Assembly: GCF_009914755.1 (NCBI RefSeq)
Contig: NC_060928.1
Length of the DNA: 64,000 nt
DNA from: the human T2T-CHM13v2.0 reference genome, Homo sapiens
Reading direction: 5' to 3' (one strand)
The position numbers and the translations under genes are program-made. The notes beneath the pieces were generated by a model. That model had not been told where the DNA came from. It worked only from the letters and a program-made list of their open reading frames with translations, and ran no database searches. Positions 1 through 17,343 of the stretch are shown in pieces (within the stretch, counting starts at the first letter, position 1; the number at the start of each line of letters is the position of its first letter).

Positions 1-122
1 GAGTGGCCAAGAACCTCAAAATAACTGTAAACTCAGTGAGAGCCACTGTATTGACCCTTTCAGTTCCATCATGTTTATATGACTTCTCTTAGATCCTGAT
101 TTTCAGCTTGGGGATTCTATTG

Positions 123-617
<495 letters not shown>

Positions 618-766
618 CTCATTTTTATATGTTATTTGTTGTAAAACACTCAACATTCTTCTTGGAAGAAAAAGAAATTTACATAAGTGGTATAATATAA
701 GAAAATATGCTGCATAACATAATGATGATGGCCTTCAGGTAATGTTAACAGCATTACTTAAAATAA

Positions 767-1090
<324 letters not shown>

Positions 1091-2014
1091 ATTATCTTAA
1101 TTTTTACTTGACCTTTGTACAATGGTATGAAAATAGTTCTCTATCAAGATTTATTCTGTTCACAACATTCTACAAGTGACTATTTTTCTTCAGAAATTAT
1201 GACAATATTAAGTGGGTGTATTAAGTAAAACAAGAAATCGGTGCCTAAGAGTTAGAATAAACTAACATATACGTACAATAAGATATACTGAGGACCACCA
1301 AGCCCCAGGAGCTGCACTTTGTCAGAGAACACTGTAACAAGCAAGACTCAGTTCCAGCCCTCAGATTGCTTATGGTCTGATGGGAAACGTAGACAGGTAA
1401 ACGGGTGAAACCTCTTGCTTGTGTCCACAGCAACTGGCAGGGTCTGCAGGAAACAGGCCATTGCCAGAAAGAAAATCATCTTACTATTATCTACACAGAG
1501 TCCAGAACAGGATGCAAAACCAACTCTTTACTGCCCCCAGTGGAAAAAATCCTCTTCAGTCCATACGGCAACAACCAGAGGGCCCTCCTAGAATCACCCT
1601 GCTCCTGGCTTCTTCAGTTTCTTCCTCTCCCCACCGTGGGCTTAGTCCTAGCTTCTTGCAAGGGGTAGGTTCCGATTTCTCCTTAAAGACTGTTGCAGAG
1701 ACAGAATTCCAGTCTCTCTGATTCTTCCCAGGGGCATATCTAAAATATCAGCAAACTGTTCTCTCCCCAGAATCAGCGGACTCGCATTGAATCTCCGTTT
1801 TAGCAAAGCCCAGGCTCCACACCTCCCCTGGGAGGCACAGAAACACAGGACAGTCCCTCCTACCCCGCCATGCAGGCAATTGCTGCACTGCTGGCATCCC
1901 CAGCTTGGGACCCAGCACAGAAGCCAGACATAGCCCCAGGGAGCCAGTGGCCAGGAGGAGTGTTCAGGGCACAGGGACCAGACGAATAAAAGCTGGAGAC
2001 AAAAGAGAATGCTA

Positions 2015-2349
<335 letters not shown>

Positions 2350-2619
2350 CTAAATGCCCGGAGAAGTAATTTTAAATTCTACTCATATTTCAAGGTTTCA
2401 TTTAAATCACACCTTATCTATGAAGTGCTCTGGGATTAGGCTACTCTCGTTTATCTCCTTCCTTTCTAAGCATCTACGATATCTATCATTATGTGGCACA
2501 ACCTTATGTTTCATTCTGTAGGGACTTCTGTTGTTCACTTGCTTGATGTGAGCAAACTGGTTTCCTTAACTAAACCATAAACTACCGGAGGGCAGGATCA
2601 TTGTTTAGAGTTTTGCTTT

Positions 2620-3990
2620 ATGATGACAGTTTTATTGAGCTATAATTCATATACCACACAATTCACCCATTTAAAATGTACAAGTCAGTGGGATTTTCTT
2701 TAGCATGCTTATAAGAGTGGGGCAACCACCCTCACAATTAATTTTAGGACGTTTTCATCATCCCCCAAAGAAACTCTCCTGCAGTAGCAGTCACTCCTCA
2801 TTTTCCACACCCAGGCTGTGGGTTGGATTGTGTCCCCTCCAAAAAGATTATGTTCAAGCCCTCACCTCCAGAACCTGTGAATGTGACCCAGTTTGGAAGT
2901 GAGGTCTTTGCAGATGTAATCAAGTAAAGATGAGGTCATACTGGATTAGGGTTGGTCCTGAATCCAACATGACTGGCATCCTTATAAGACTGCAATTTGG
3001 ATGCAGGGACAGAGACACACAGGGGAGAAGACCGTGTGAAGATGGAGACAGAGATTGCGGTGAAGCAGCTACAAACTAAGGAATGCCAAGGATTTGGGGG
3101 CAAACCCCAGAAGCAAGACAAGGCAAGAAAGTGTTCTTCCCTGAGTCCTCCAGAGGGACCGTGGCCCTGCCAACGCTGACTTCAGACCTCCAGCCTCCAG
3201 AATGGCGAGAATACGTTCCGGTTGTCCTAAGCCACCCAGTTTTATTCAGCAGCCCTAGGAATCTAAGGCACACCCCAACGATGCTCCCCACCTCCACCCC
3301 CTAGTAAACCACTAAACTACTTTCTGCCTCTGGAGATTAATCCGTTCTAGACATTCTGTATAAAAGGAATTACATAATATGTGGCCTTTTGTTACCGGTT
3401 TCTTTGACTTAGTATAATATTTTTAAGGTTCACCTATGTTGTATCAGTACCTCATTATTTTTGTTGCTGAATAATATTCCATTGTATGGCTATATCATAT
3501 TTTGTTTATCCATTTATCAGTTGATAGACACTTGGCTTGTTTCTATTTTTTTAGCTATTATGAGTATTGCTGTTATGCAGATTCAGACAGGTTTTCATTT
3601 CTCTTAGGTGTATACCTGGAGTGAGATTGCTGAGTCATGTGGTAACTCTATGTTTAACCTTTTGAGGAAATGTTACACTGTCTACCTAAGTGCCTGCACC
3701 ATTTCATATTCCCATCTGCAGTGTATGAGGGTACCAATTTATCCGCACCCTTGCCAACACTTATTATCTATGTTTAAATTGCAGCCATCGTAGTGGATGT
3801 GAAATGGTATCTCTTTGTGATTTTGATGTCAATGTCCCGGATGGGCAGTGATGATGAACATATTTTCATGTGCTTGTCAGCCACCTTTTTTGGAGAAATG
3901 TCTATTCAGATCCTTTGCCCATTTTTAAATTGAGTTATTGGTCTTTTTGTGGTGTAGTTATAGAAGGTCTCTGTTTATTCTGAATAACTG
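2620..3990 (-). mobile_element. Old L1M 3' fragment interrupted by an MLT1 LTR
   Basis: Antisense L1 3' sequence (aattcacccatttaaaatgtaca; ggtaactctatgtttaacc) on both sides of the MLT1. Confidence 0.75.
2817..3270 (+). mobile_element. MLT1 (MaLR) solo LTR, MLT1B/C-like
   Basis: tgtgggttggattgtgtccc...gaatgtgacc...ctttgcagatgtaatc...cagccctaggaatctaa. Confidence 0.8.
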
Positions 3991-6251
3991 GATTGTCTTT
4001 TTATTCTTGTATTATTTATATACTTTATAGTTTTAAAATATTCCTCAGTTTGCCTCATGATCCTGAACCCATGAGGAGGGTTATCCTTGTGCTCTTAGAC
4101 ATTTCTGGTGTTCTAAGAAATCATTGGTTTTTATTTGATAGTTAATGAATGGCCTGGAATAACATATTTCAGAGCTTTCAGGTCAACTTTGGGGTAAAGA
4201 AAGGAACCTAATATTTACTGACTGCCCACCATCTGCCAGATGTTGTTGGCATATGTGTGATCCTCACCCCAACCTAGGAAGGTTCTGTGTTATCATCTCC
4301 AATAAACAGGTAAGCACAAAGAAATTAAATAACAACAGTTTTTTAAACACCCTGCTCCTTTGTCCCTTCATGATGTGGTAAAACAAAGACATATCAAAAC
4401 CAGAGGACTTGCTTGTCAAGTTTCTAATGCCTGGAAAATGTCACCTTGGTACTTCAAGTCTTATTCAAGGAACTATTAAACAGTTTATATGGTTTTTCAG
4501 CTCATAAATTAATAAAATCCCTTCAAATATTTCCCTTAAGTGAAGTATAGGAATATAAGTATTGTTCCAAGTCTTCTGTTAAAAATTGAAGCACAGAAAT
4601 GGGACTATGACTAAATTAACTGAATAGTAAAAAAGAGCTTGTGATTCAGGAATTCAGGGAGAGAGTTCGTGAGCTCTGCAGAGGTAACCTGTATGTGCAT
4701 GCTCCAAAATCCACCGGCACTTTCCCGGCAGTCCAAAGTGCAAATGGTTTCTGCAGCTCATGATTCTGGCTCCAGGCCAGCGCCATGCTCACTTGAATTG
4801 CAGCCAAACACCCTCGGACTCATTGCCTGAACATGTGACTCAAATGCTCGCGTTCCCGCTGCTCAGTGTACTCTCCTGGAGACCCCCTGACATCAAATTC
4901 CCAAGGATCTCATTTCATTTTTTATAGACAAGTGTCTTCACCCTTCCAACTCTAAAGATAGATGTGAGGTGAAGATATATTCTTCAGGGTTTGAAAGCTC
5001 TATATAAAGTCCCCCAAACATTTAAAATCTGGAGATTCATCTCTGGAAAACAGTGCATCTGATCATCTTGATTTACAGCCTGTACTGGAAGTTTTTCTTT
5101 TAGAACAAAAGCTATTTGCAAACCATTCCTGTTTGTAAATAAATTATTTTCCTAAATATCAAAGGAAGACATCAGAAAGTACAAAAAGAAATAATAGATG
5201 GAATAATTTCTTGAAATTTACCCAAATAGATAATGAGCAAGACAACTGATAGCTCTCAGAATAAATATTCTCTGAGAGTAAGACTAATACGATCATGCCA
5301 ATAGTTTAGTTTGACTTATTTTCATAGCGCTGCCCAAACAGATATGGAGAAAGGAATTATTTTGCCATGAGATAAGACTTAATCATCTCTGGGAAAGGGA
5401 ATCCACAGGAACATTTTTGCTTATGCAAGAAAGATCCTGTTTATACTGCATGATTCTTTGCAGTTTTTCTCTCCCATCCCCTGTGGCTGTGTAGTTCTAT
5501 CCTATTTGTGGCCCTGCTTCTAGATTGAGGCCCCATAAAGCAGGCTGCACAATGCCTGCAGCACATTATTTCTTGAAGAAATCCCAGGGAAAATAGACAG
5601 TGAAACTTAGCTTCCCTGGTCTTAGAAAAGGGCAAAGAAATTTTTGTTTCCCCCAAAGGCCAGTTGAAAAATGTCGTGTTGCCCCAGAAGTCCAGCCCTG
5701 GCCCTTCCTTGCTGCAAAGAGTCAATTGGTGCCTCCAGGTCCTTGCTTTTCCTTGACGACAGACTGGTGTAGTTTGAGACATCCCTGGCCCTTATCTCAG
5801 CCCAGCCCTTTGAAGCACTTGACAGCCGCTGCTGCTGCCACTTGCTTATCCCAAGGGAGGAAGTAGCTTCTGAAGGCTTTGAGGTCCAGTTCAGTCTGGA
5901 TGTTTGAAAGGGTGAAAGGTAATTTTAATATGACTTCTAATTTATGTGATGCTTACATTTTTTTGAATTCTGTGCTTCCCAGGGGACACAGTAATTGAAA
6001 GTGTTTTTCATCCCATAGCAGGAAGGGATGAGGGTTGATGGATCGATTTTCCTCTGATTGTTAACCCTCCACCTCTCCTTCCCCCTCAGCTTCACTGTGT
6101 GTTATGTCTGTTTGTCTATCATGTCTGAAAACCTAGTTTGAATTACAAAATAGGTTGAGAGGAGCAGTGGGTGAAAGGATGGAGTTTTCTCTTCGATAAT
6201 TTATTCAGCGGGTGCTAAAGATTTGGGGATCTTCTTGTCTTGATTGAATGG

Positions 6252-6690
6252 TGTAATGGTTAATACTGAGTGTCAACTTGACTGGATTGAAAGATACAAA
6301 GTATTGATCCTGGGTGTGTCTGTGAGGGTGTTGCCAAAGGAGATTAACATTTGAATCAGTGGGCTGGGAAACGCAGACCCACCCCTAATCTGCGTGGGCA
6401 CAATCTAATCAGCTGCCAGCACGGCTGGAATATGAACAGGCAGAAAAATGTGGAAAAGAGAGACTGGCCTAGGCTCCCAGCCTACATCTTTCTCCCATGC
6501 GGGATGCTTCCTGCCCTCAAACATCAGACACCAAGTTCTTCAGTTTTGGGACTCGGACTGGCTCTCCTTGCTCCTCAGCCTGTAAATGGCCTATTGTGGG
6601 ACCTTGTGATCATGTGAGGTAATACTTAATAAACTCCCCTTCATATATATTCCATTAGTTCCGTCCCTCTAGAGAACCCTGACAAATACA
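6252..6690 (+). mobile_element. 5' LTR, MLT2A1-type
   Basis: TG...CA termini, 439 bp, tgtaatggttaatactgagtgtcaacttg start, AATAAA, near-identical to 16910-17343. Confidence 0.9.
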
Positions 6691-6695
6691 GATTT

Positions 6696-6710
6696 TGGTA
6701 CCAGGAGTGG
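6696..6710 (+). promoter_or_regulatory. Primer binding site, tRNA-Leu
   Basis: TGGTACCAGGAGTGG just after the LTR, complementary to the 3' end of tRNA-Leu(TAA) as recalled. Confidence 0.85.
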
Positions 6711-6734
6711 CTCTAGAGGGACAGAATATTAAGG

Positions 6735-7700
6735 ATGGAGTTATTTCATTGGTTTTGGGGTTTCTGGAGTTTGCTTCTTAATATGATTAGACCCAAAAAT
6801 GGTAAAGACTTTACTTCTAATGGTATGGAGAATGCTGATAGTCCTTGTCGTGAACTGTTTAGAGAGTTATGCAAAATAAATGCATTTGACACTCCTGATT
6901 CATCACTCGTGAGAGGCAAAGAGCTTAGTGACTCTATACGTAATACCTTTGACCATATGTGGAGAACCAGGGAGCATAATGAAGCTGATTGGTTACTTCT
7001 AAGTTCAATGGACAAAGTGATGAAAGAAAATGATGAACTCAGGGATTCTGTCTCCCGGCTTTAGAAGCAGACACTGAGCCTCAAATCTGCTAAGATTATC
7101 CTAATGAGAGTCTTATCGCCTGTAGAAAAAGAGCTGAAATTATGGAAAAACAGACACAAGCTCTTATCATGTTGAGTGGCTGACCTGCAACAAAAGGTGC
7201 ATCCACAGCCTTGCCAGGTGTCTACTGTTAAAATGAGGGCATTGATTGGAAAAGAATGGGACCCTGCAACATGGAATAGGGACATGTGGGAGGACCCTGA
7301 TGAAGCTGGGGGCACTGAGTTTGTAAACTCTGATGAACCTTTTTTGCCAGAGGGAACATCTTTCCCATCCCCAGAAGGGGCAATATCCCTCCCTGACCCA
7401 TGCTGCCATCAGCCTTTCCATCTCTGTCTGAGGAGATAAACCCTGCACTGCCTGAGGCAGCAGTGATGGCCTCCCCTGAGGCAGCTGCCAGGCAAGATAA
7501 TGTTGATTCTCCCCAGGAGCCACCCCCAACACCCCTGTTTGCTTCCAGACCTATAACTAGACTAAAGTCCCGGCAGGTCCCTGGAGGTGAAGTTGAGAAT
7601 GTAACCCATGAGGAGGTGTGCTACACTCAAAAAGAACTGCTTGCATTTTCTAATTTATATAAACAGAAATCTGAAGAACAGGCATGGGAATGAATACTAA
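6735..7700 (+). pseudogene. gag: HERV-L gag remnant (stops/frameshifts, 3' part deleted)
   Basis: ORF pieces ...KVMKENDELRDS, VSTVKMRALIGKEWDPATW, ASRPITRLKS typical of ERV-L Gag. Confidence 0.85.
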
Positions 7701-8424
7701 GGATGAGGGCTATTATGGTGGGAAAGGCCAAATGGAAGCCATTAGAGCTTCCCCTACCTAGAAAAATAGTAAATCAAAAACAATATCACATCCCTGGAGG
7801 GATTACAGAGATTAGTGCCACCATTAAGGACTTGAAAGATGCAGGGGTCATTGCTGAGGCTTGAGTAGGTAAACAAAGCAGCCTGGAAGCTCGAATTGGG
7901 TGGAGCCCACCGCAGTTCAAGGAGGCCTGCCTGCCTCCATAGACTCCACCTCTGGGGGCAGGGCATAGCCACCAACAAAAGGCAGCAGAAACCTCTGCAG
8001 ACTTAAATGTCCCTGTCTGACAGCTTTGAAGAGAGCAGTGGTTCTCCCAGCACAGTTTGAGATCTGAGAATGGACAGACGGCCTCCTCAAACGGGTCCCT
8101 GACCCCCGAGTAGCCTAACTGGGAAGCACCCCCAGTAGGGGCAGACTGACACCTCACACGGCCGGGTACCCCTCTGAGACAAAGCTTCCAGAGGAACGAT
8201 CAGGCAGCAACATTTGCTGTTCAGCAATATTCGCTGTTCTGCAGCCTCCGCTACTGATACCCAGGCAAACAGGGTTTGGAGTAGACTTCCAGCAAATTCC
8301 AACAGACCTGCAGCTGAGGGTCCTGACTGTTAGAAGGAAAACTAACAAACAGAAAGGACATCAGCACCAAAACCCCATCTGTACATCACTATCATCGAAG
8401 ACCAAAGGTAGATAAAACCACAAA

Positions 8425-9447
8425 GGAGGAGAAAAAAACAGAGCAGAAAAGCTGAAAATTCTAAAAATCAGAGCGCCTCTCCCCCTCCAAAGGAACGCAG
8501 CTCCTCACCAGCAGTGGAACCAAGCTGGATGGAGAATGACTTTGAAGAGTTGAGAGAAGAAGGCTTCAGACGGTCAAACTTCTCCGAGCTAAAGAAGGAA
8601 GTTTGAACCCATTGCAAAGAAGCTAAAAAGCTTGAAAAAAGATTAGACGAATGGCTAACTAGAATAACCAGTGTAGAGAAGTCCTTAAATGACCTGATGG
8701 AGCTGAAAACCATGGCATGAGAACTACGGGATGAATGCACAAGCTTCAGTAGCCGATTCAATCAACTGGAAGAAAGGGTATCAGTGATTGAAGATCAAAT
8801 GAATGAAATGAAATGAAGTGAGAAGAGAAGTTTAGAGAAAAAAAGAGTAAAAAGAAATGAATAAAGCCTCCAAGAAATATGGGACTATGTGAAAAGACCA
8901 AATCTACATCTGATTGGTGTACCTGAAAGTGATGGGGAGAATGGAACCAAGTTGGAAAACACTCTGCAGGATATTATCCAGGAGAACTTCCCTGACCTAG
9001 CAAGGCAGGCCAACATTAAATTCAGGAAATACAGAGAATGCCACAAAGATACTCCTCGAGAAGAGCAACTCCAAGACACATAATTGTCAGATTCACCAAA
9101 GTTGAAATGGAGGAAAAAATATTAAGGGCAGCCAGAGAGAAAGGTCAGGTTACCCACAAAGGGAAGCCCATCAGACTAACAGCTGATCTCTCCGCAGAAA
9201 CTCTACAAGCAGAAGAGAGTGGGGGCCAGTATTCAACATTCTTAAAGAAAAGAATTTTCAACCCAGAATTTCATATCCAGCCAAACTAAGCTTCATAAGT
9301 GAAGGAGAAATAAAATCCTTTACAGACAAGCAAATGCTGACAGATTTTGTCACCACCAGGCCTGCCCTAAAAGAGCTCCTGAAGGAAGCACTAAACATGG
9401 AAAGGAACAACCAGTACCAGCCACTGCAAAAACATGCCAAATTGTAA
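8425..9447 (+). pseudogene. L1 ORF1p, disrupted
   Basis: KRPNLHLIGVPESDGENGTKLENTLQDIIQENFP, RRATPRHIIVRF; ATG lost, several stops/frameshifts. Confidence 0.9.
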
Positions 9448-9510
9448 AGACCATTGAGGCTAGGAAGAAACTGCATCAACTAATGAGCAAAATCACCAGC
9501 TAACATCATA

Positions 9511-13331
<3,821 letters not shown>

Positions 13332-13571
13332 ACAATGAGAACACATGGACACAGGAAGGGGAACATCGCACACTGGGGCCTGTCGTTGGGTGGGGGGAGG
13401 GGGGAGGGATAGCATTAGGAGATATAACTAATGTAAATGATGAGTTAGTGGGTGCAGCACACCAACATGACACATGTATACATATGTAACAAACCTGCAC
13501 ATTGTGCACATGTACCCCAGAACTTAAAGTATAATAATAAAAAAGAAAGAAAGAAAGAAAGATGCAGAGGT

Positions 13572-15976
13572 GGTGATTCCCACCACATCCCCATTTGGGT
13601 CTCCCATTTGGCCTGTGCAGAAGACAGATGGATCTTGGGGAATGACTATAAGTTTAACCAAGTGGTAACTCCAAATGCAATTGCTGTACCAGATGTGGTT
13701 TCATCGCTTGAGCAAATTAACACATCTTCTGGTACCTGGTATGCAGCCATTGACTTGGCAAATGCCTTTTTCTCCATTCTTGTCCAAAGCCCCACCAGAA
13801 GCAACTTACCTTCATCTGGCAAGGCCAGCAATATACCTTTACTGTCCTACCTCAGGGGTATAGCAACTCTCTGGCTTTGTGTCATAATCTTATTCAGAGA
13901 TACCTTGATCACTTTTCTCTTTCACAAGATACAACACTGGTCCATTACATTGATGACATTATGTTGATTGGATCCAGTGAGCAAGAAGTAGCAAACACAC
14001 TGGACTTATTGGTGAGACATTTGCATGCCAGAGGATGGGAAATAAATCCAACTAAGTTTCAGGGACCTTCTACCTCAGTTAAATGTCTAGAGGTCCAGTG
14101 GTATGGGGCCTGTTGAGATAGTCCTTATAAGGTGAAGGATAAGTTGCTGTGTTTTGGCCCCAACTACAAGCAAGAAAGAGGCACAATGCCTAGCGGGCCT
14201 ATTTGGATTTTGGAGGCAACATATTCCTCATTTGGGTGTGTTACTCTGGCCCATTTATCAAGTGACCCGAACGGCTGCCAGTTTTGAGTGGGGTCCAGGA
14301 CAGAAGGAGGCTCTGCAACAGGTCCAGGCTGCTGGGCATGCTGCTCTGCCCTTTGGGCCATATGACCCAGCAGATTCAATGGTGCTTGAGGTGTCAGTGG
14401 TAGATAGGGATGCTGTTTGGAGCCTTTGGCAGCCCCCATAGGTTGAATCACAGCAGAGGCCTCTAGGATTTTGGAGCAAGGACCTGCCATCTTCTGCAGA
14501 TAACTACTCTTCTTTTAAGAGACAGCTCTTGGCTTGTTACTGGGTTTTGGTGGAAACTGAACATTCAACTATGGGTCCTCAAGTCACCATGCATCCTGAC
14601 CTGCCTATCATGACCTGGGTGCTTTCTGACCCATCTAGCCATAAAGTGGGTCATGCACAGCAGCATTTCATCATCAAATGGAAGTGGCATATATGTGATC
14701 GGGCTCGAGCAGGTCCTGAAGGGACAAGTAAGTTACATGAGAAGATGGCTCCAATGCCCGTGGTCTCCATTGCTGCCACCCTGCCTTCTCTCCCCGAGCC
14801 TGCACTGATGGCTTTGTAGGGAGTTCTCTGTGATCACTTGACAGAGGAAGAGGAGACCAGGGCCTGGTTCACAGATGGTTCTGCACGATACGCTGGCACT
14901 ACCTGAAAGTGGACAGCTGCAGCACTACAGACCCTTTCTGGGACACCCCTGAAGGACAGAGGTGAAGGGAAATCTTCCCAGTGGGCAGAACATCGAGCAG
15001 TGCACCTGGTTGTGCACTTTGAATAGAAGGAGAAATGGCCAGATGTGTGGTTGTATACAGATTCATCGGCTGTAGCCAATGGTTTGGCTGGATGGTCAGG
15101 GACTTGGAAGAAGCATGACTGGAAAATTAGTGACAAAGAAATTTGGGGAAGAAGTATGTGGATGGGTCTCTCGGAGTGGTCGAAAACTGTGAAGATATTT
15201 GAATCCCATGTGAATGCTCACCAACAGGTGACCTCAGCAGAGGAGGAGTTTAATAATCAAGTGGATAGGATGACCCGTCCTGTAGACACCACTCAGCCTC
15301 TTTCCCCAGCCACCCTTGTCATCGCCCAATGGGCCCAAGAACAAAGTGCCCATGGTGACAGGGATGGAGGTGACACATGGTCTTAGCAACATGGACTTCC
15401 ACTCACCAAGGATGATCTGGCTATGGCCACGGCTGAGTGCCCAATTTGCCAGCAGCAGAGACCAACACTGAGCCCTTGATATGGCACCATTCCTCGGGGT
15501 GATCACCCAGCTACCTGATGACAGGTTGATTATATTGGACCTTTTCCATCATGGAAGAGCAGAGGTTTGTCCTCAATGGAATGGACACTTACTCCAGATA
15601 TGGGTTTGCCTATCCTACCCGCAATGCTTCTGTCAAGACTACCAGCCATAAACTCACAGAATGCCTTATCCACCGTCAGCGTATTCCACACAGCATTGCC
15701 TCTGACCAAGGCACTAACTTTATTACTAAAGAAGTGCGGCAGTGGGCTCACACTCATGGAATTCACTGGTCTTACCATGTTCCCCTTCATCCTGAAGCAG
15801 CTGGATTGATAGAATGGTGGAATGGCCTTTTGAAGTCACAATTACAACACCAACTAGGTGACAATACTTTGCAGGGTGGAGGCAAAGTTCTCCAGAAGGC
15901 TGTGTATGTTCTGAATCAGTATCCAATATGTGATACTGTTTCTCCCATAGCCAGGATTCATGGGTCTAGGAATTAA
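13572..15976 (+). pseudogene. pol: HERV-L pol remnant (RT, RNase H, integrase); 5' piece at ~7703-7848
   Basis: [16 protein letters not shown] (13946-13957), WFTDGS, LYTDS, IASDQGT, HPEAAGLIEWWNG. Confidence 0.92.
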
Positions 15977-15991
15977 TGGGTAGAAGTAGAA

Positions 15992-16372
15992 GTGGCACCA
16001 CTCACCATCACCCCTAGTGATCCACTAGCAAAATTTTTGCTTCCTGTTCCTGCAACATTATGTACTGCTGGCCTAGAGGTCTTGGTTCCAGAGGAAGGAA
16101 TGCTGCCACCAGGAGACAAAAGAAGGATTCCATTAAACTGGAAGTTAAGATTGCCACCTGGACACTTTGGGCTCCTCCTACCTTTAAGTCAACAGGCCAA
16201 TGGGCTCCTCCTACCTTTAAGTCAACAGGCCAAGAAGGGAGTTACAGTGTTAGCTGGGGTGATTGACCCTGACTATCAAGATGAAATCAGCCTACTACTC
16301 CACAACGGAGGTAAGGAAGAGTATGGATGGAACTCAGGAGATCCATTAGGGTATCTCTTAGTATTACCATGA
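15992..16372 (+). pseudogene. HERV-L dUTPase-like remnant
   Basis: RLPPGHFGLL...GVIDPDYQDEI (dUTPase motif 3) downstream of integrase, the ERV-L arrangement. Confidence 0.85.
16168..16233 (+). repeat. Perfect 33-bp tandem duplication
   Basis: tgggctcctcctacctttaagtcaacaggccaa x2. Confidence 0.97.
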
Positions 16373-16909
16373 CCTGTGATTAAGATTAATGGGAAACTAC
16401 AACAGCTCAACCCAGGTAGGACTACAAATGACCCAGACCCTTCAGGAATGAAGGTTTGGGTCACTCCACCAGGAAAAAAAACCACGACCTGCTGAGGTGC
16501 TTGCTGAAGGCAAAGGGAATACAGAATGGGTAGTAGAAGAAGGTAGTCATCAATACCAGCTATGACCACATGACCAGCTGCAGAAATGAGGACTGTAATT
16601 GTCATGAGTATTTCTTCCTTCTTTTGTTAAAAACATATTTGTGCATGTGTACACATGTACTAAGAAAATATCTTCATTTTATTTCCTTTCTCCTTTATCA
16701 TGTGACATAAATTTATTGACTTCATGTCAGCATTTAAGTATTGTTAACTTTATGTAATGGTATTTGGGTTGGAGATTGGTGCATTTCCAATTGTACAAAG
16801 GATAGTTGTATTATGTTAGGTGTAATTATGACCTTATTATTGTCTTTATTTGAAGATTATGTATGATCTCAGGAGATGTGTATGGGTTCAAGTTGACAAG
16901 GGGCAGACT

Positions 16910-17343
16910 TGTGATGGTTAACACTGTGTCAACTTGATTGGATTGAAGGATGCAAAGTATCAATCCTGAGTGTGTCTGTGAGGGTGTTGCCAAGGAGATT
17001 AATATTTGAGTCAGTGGGCTGGGAAACGAAGACTCACCATTAATCTGGGTGGGCACAATCTAATCATCTGTGGGCACGGCTAGAATATGAACAGGCAGAA
17101 AAATGTGAAAAGGCTAGACTGGCCTAGCCTCCCAGGCTACATCTTTCTCCCATGCTGCATGCTTCCTGCCCTCGAACATCAGACACCAAGTTCTTCAGTT
17201 TTGGGACTGAGACTGGCTCTCAGCCTGCAGACGGCCTATTGTGGGACCTTGTGATCATGTGAGTTAATACTTAATAAACTCCCCTTTATATGTATATATA
17301 TATTCCATTAGTTCTGTCCCTCTGGAGAACCCTGACTAATATA
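16910..17343 (+). mobile_element. 3' LTR, MLT2A1-type
   Basis: Preceded by purine tract aaggggcagact; direct repeat of the 5' LTR; followed by TSD aatgg. Confidence 0.9.

Noticed and set aside
5253-5278. Hairpin ctctcagaata...tattctctgagag
   Set aside because: Too short and imperfect to support a miRNA or MITE
6696-6710. tRNA gene fragment
   Set aside because: It is the retroviral PBS, not a tRNA gene
13452-13967. 171-aa ORF spanning the L1 tail into HERV-L RT as a novel fusion protein
   Set aside because: Non-ATG start, only ~50 residues in the RT frame, frameshifted before YIDD; chance read-through
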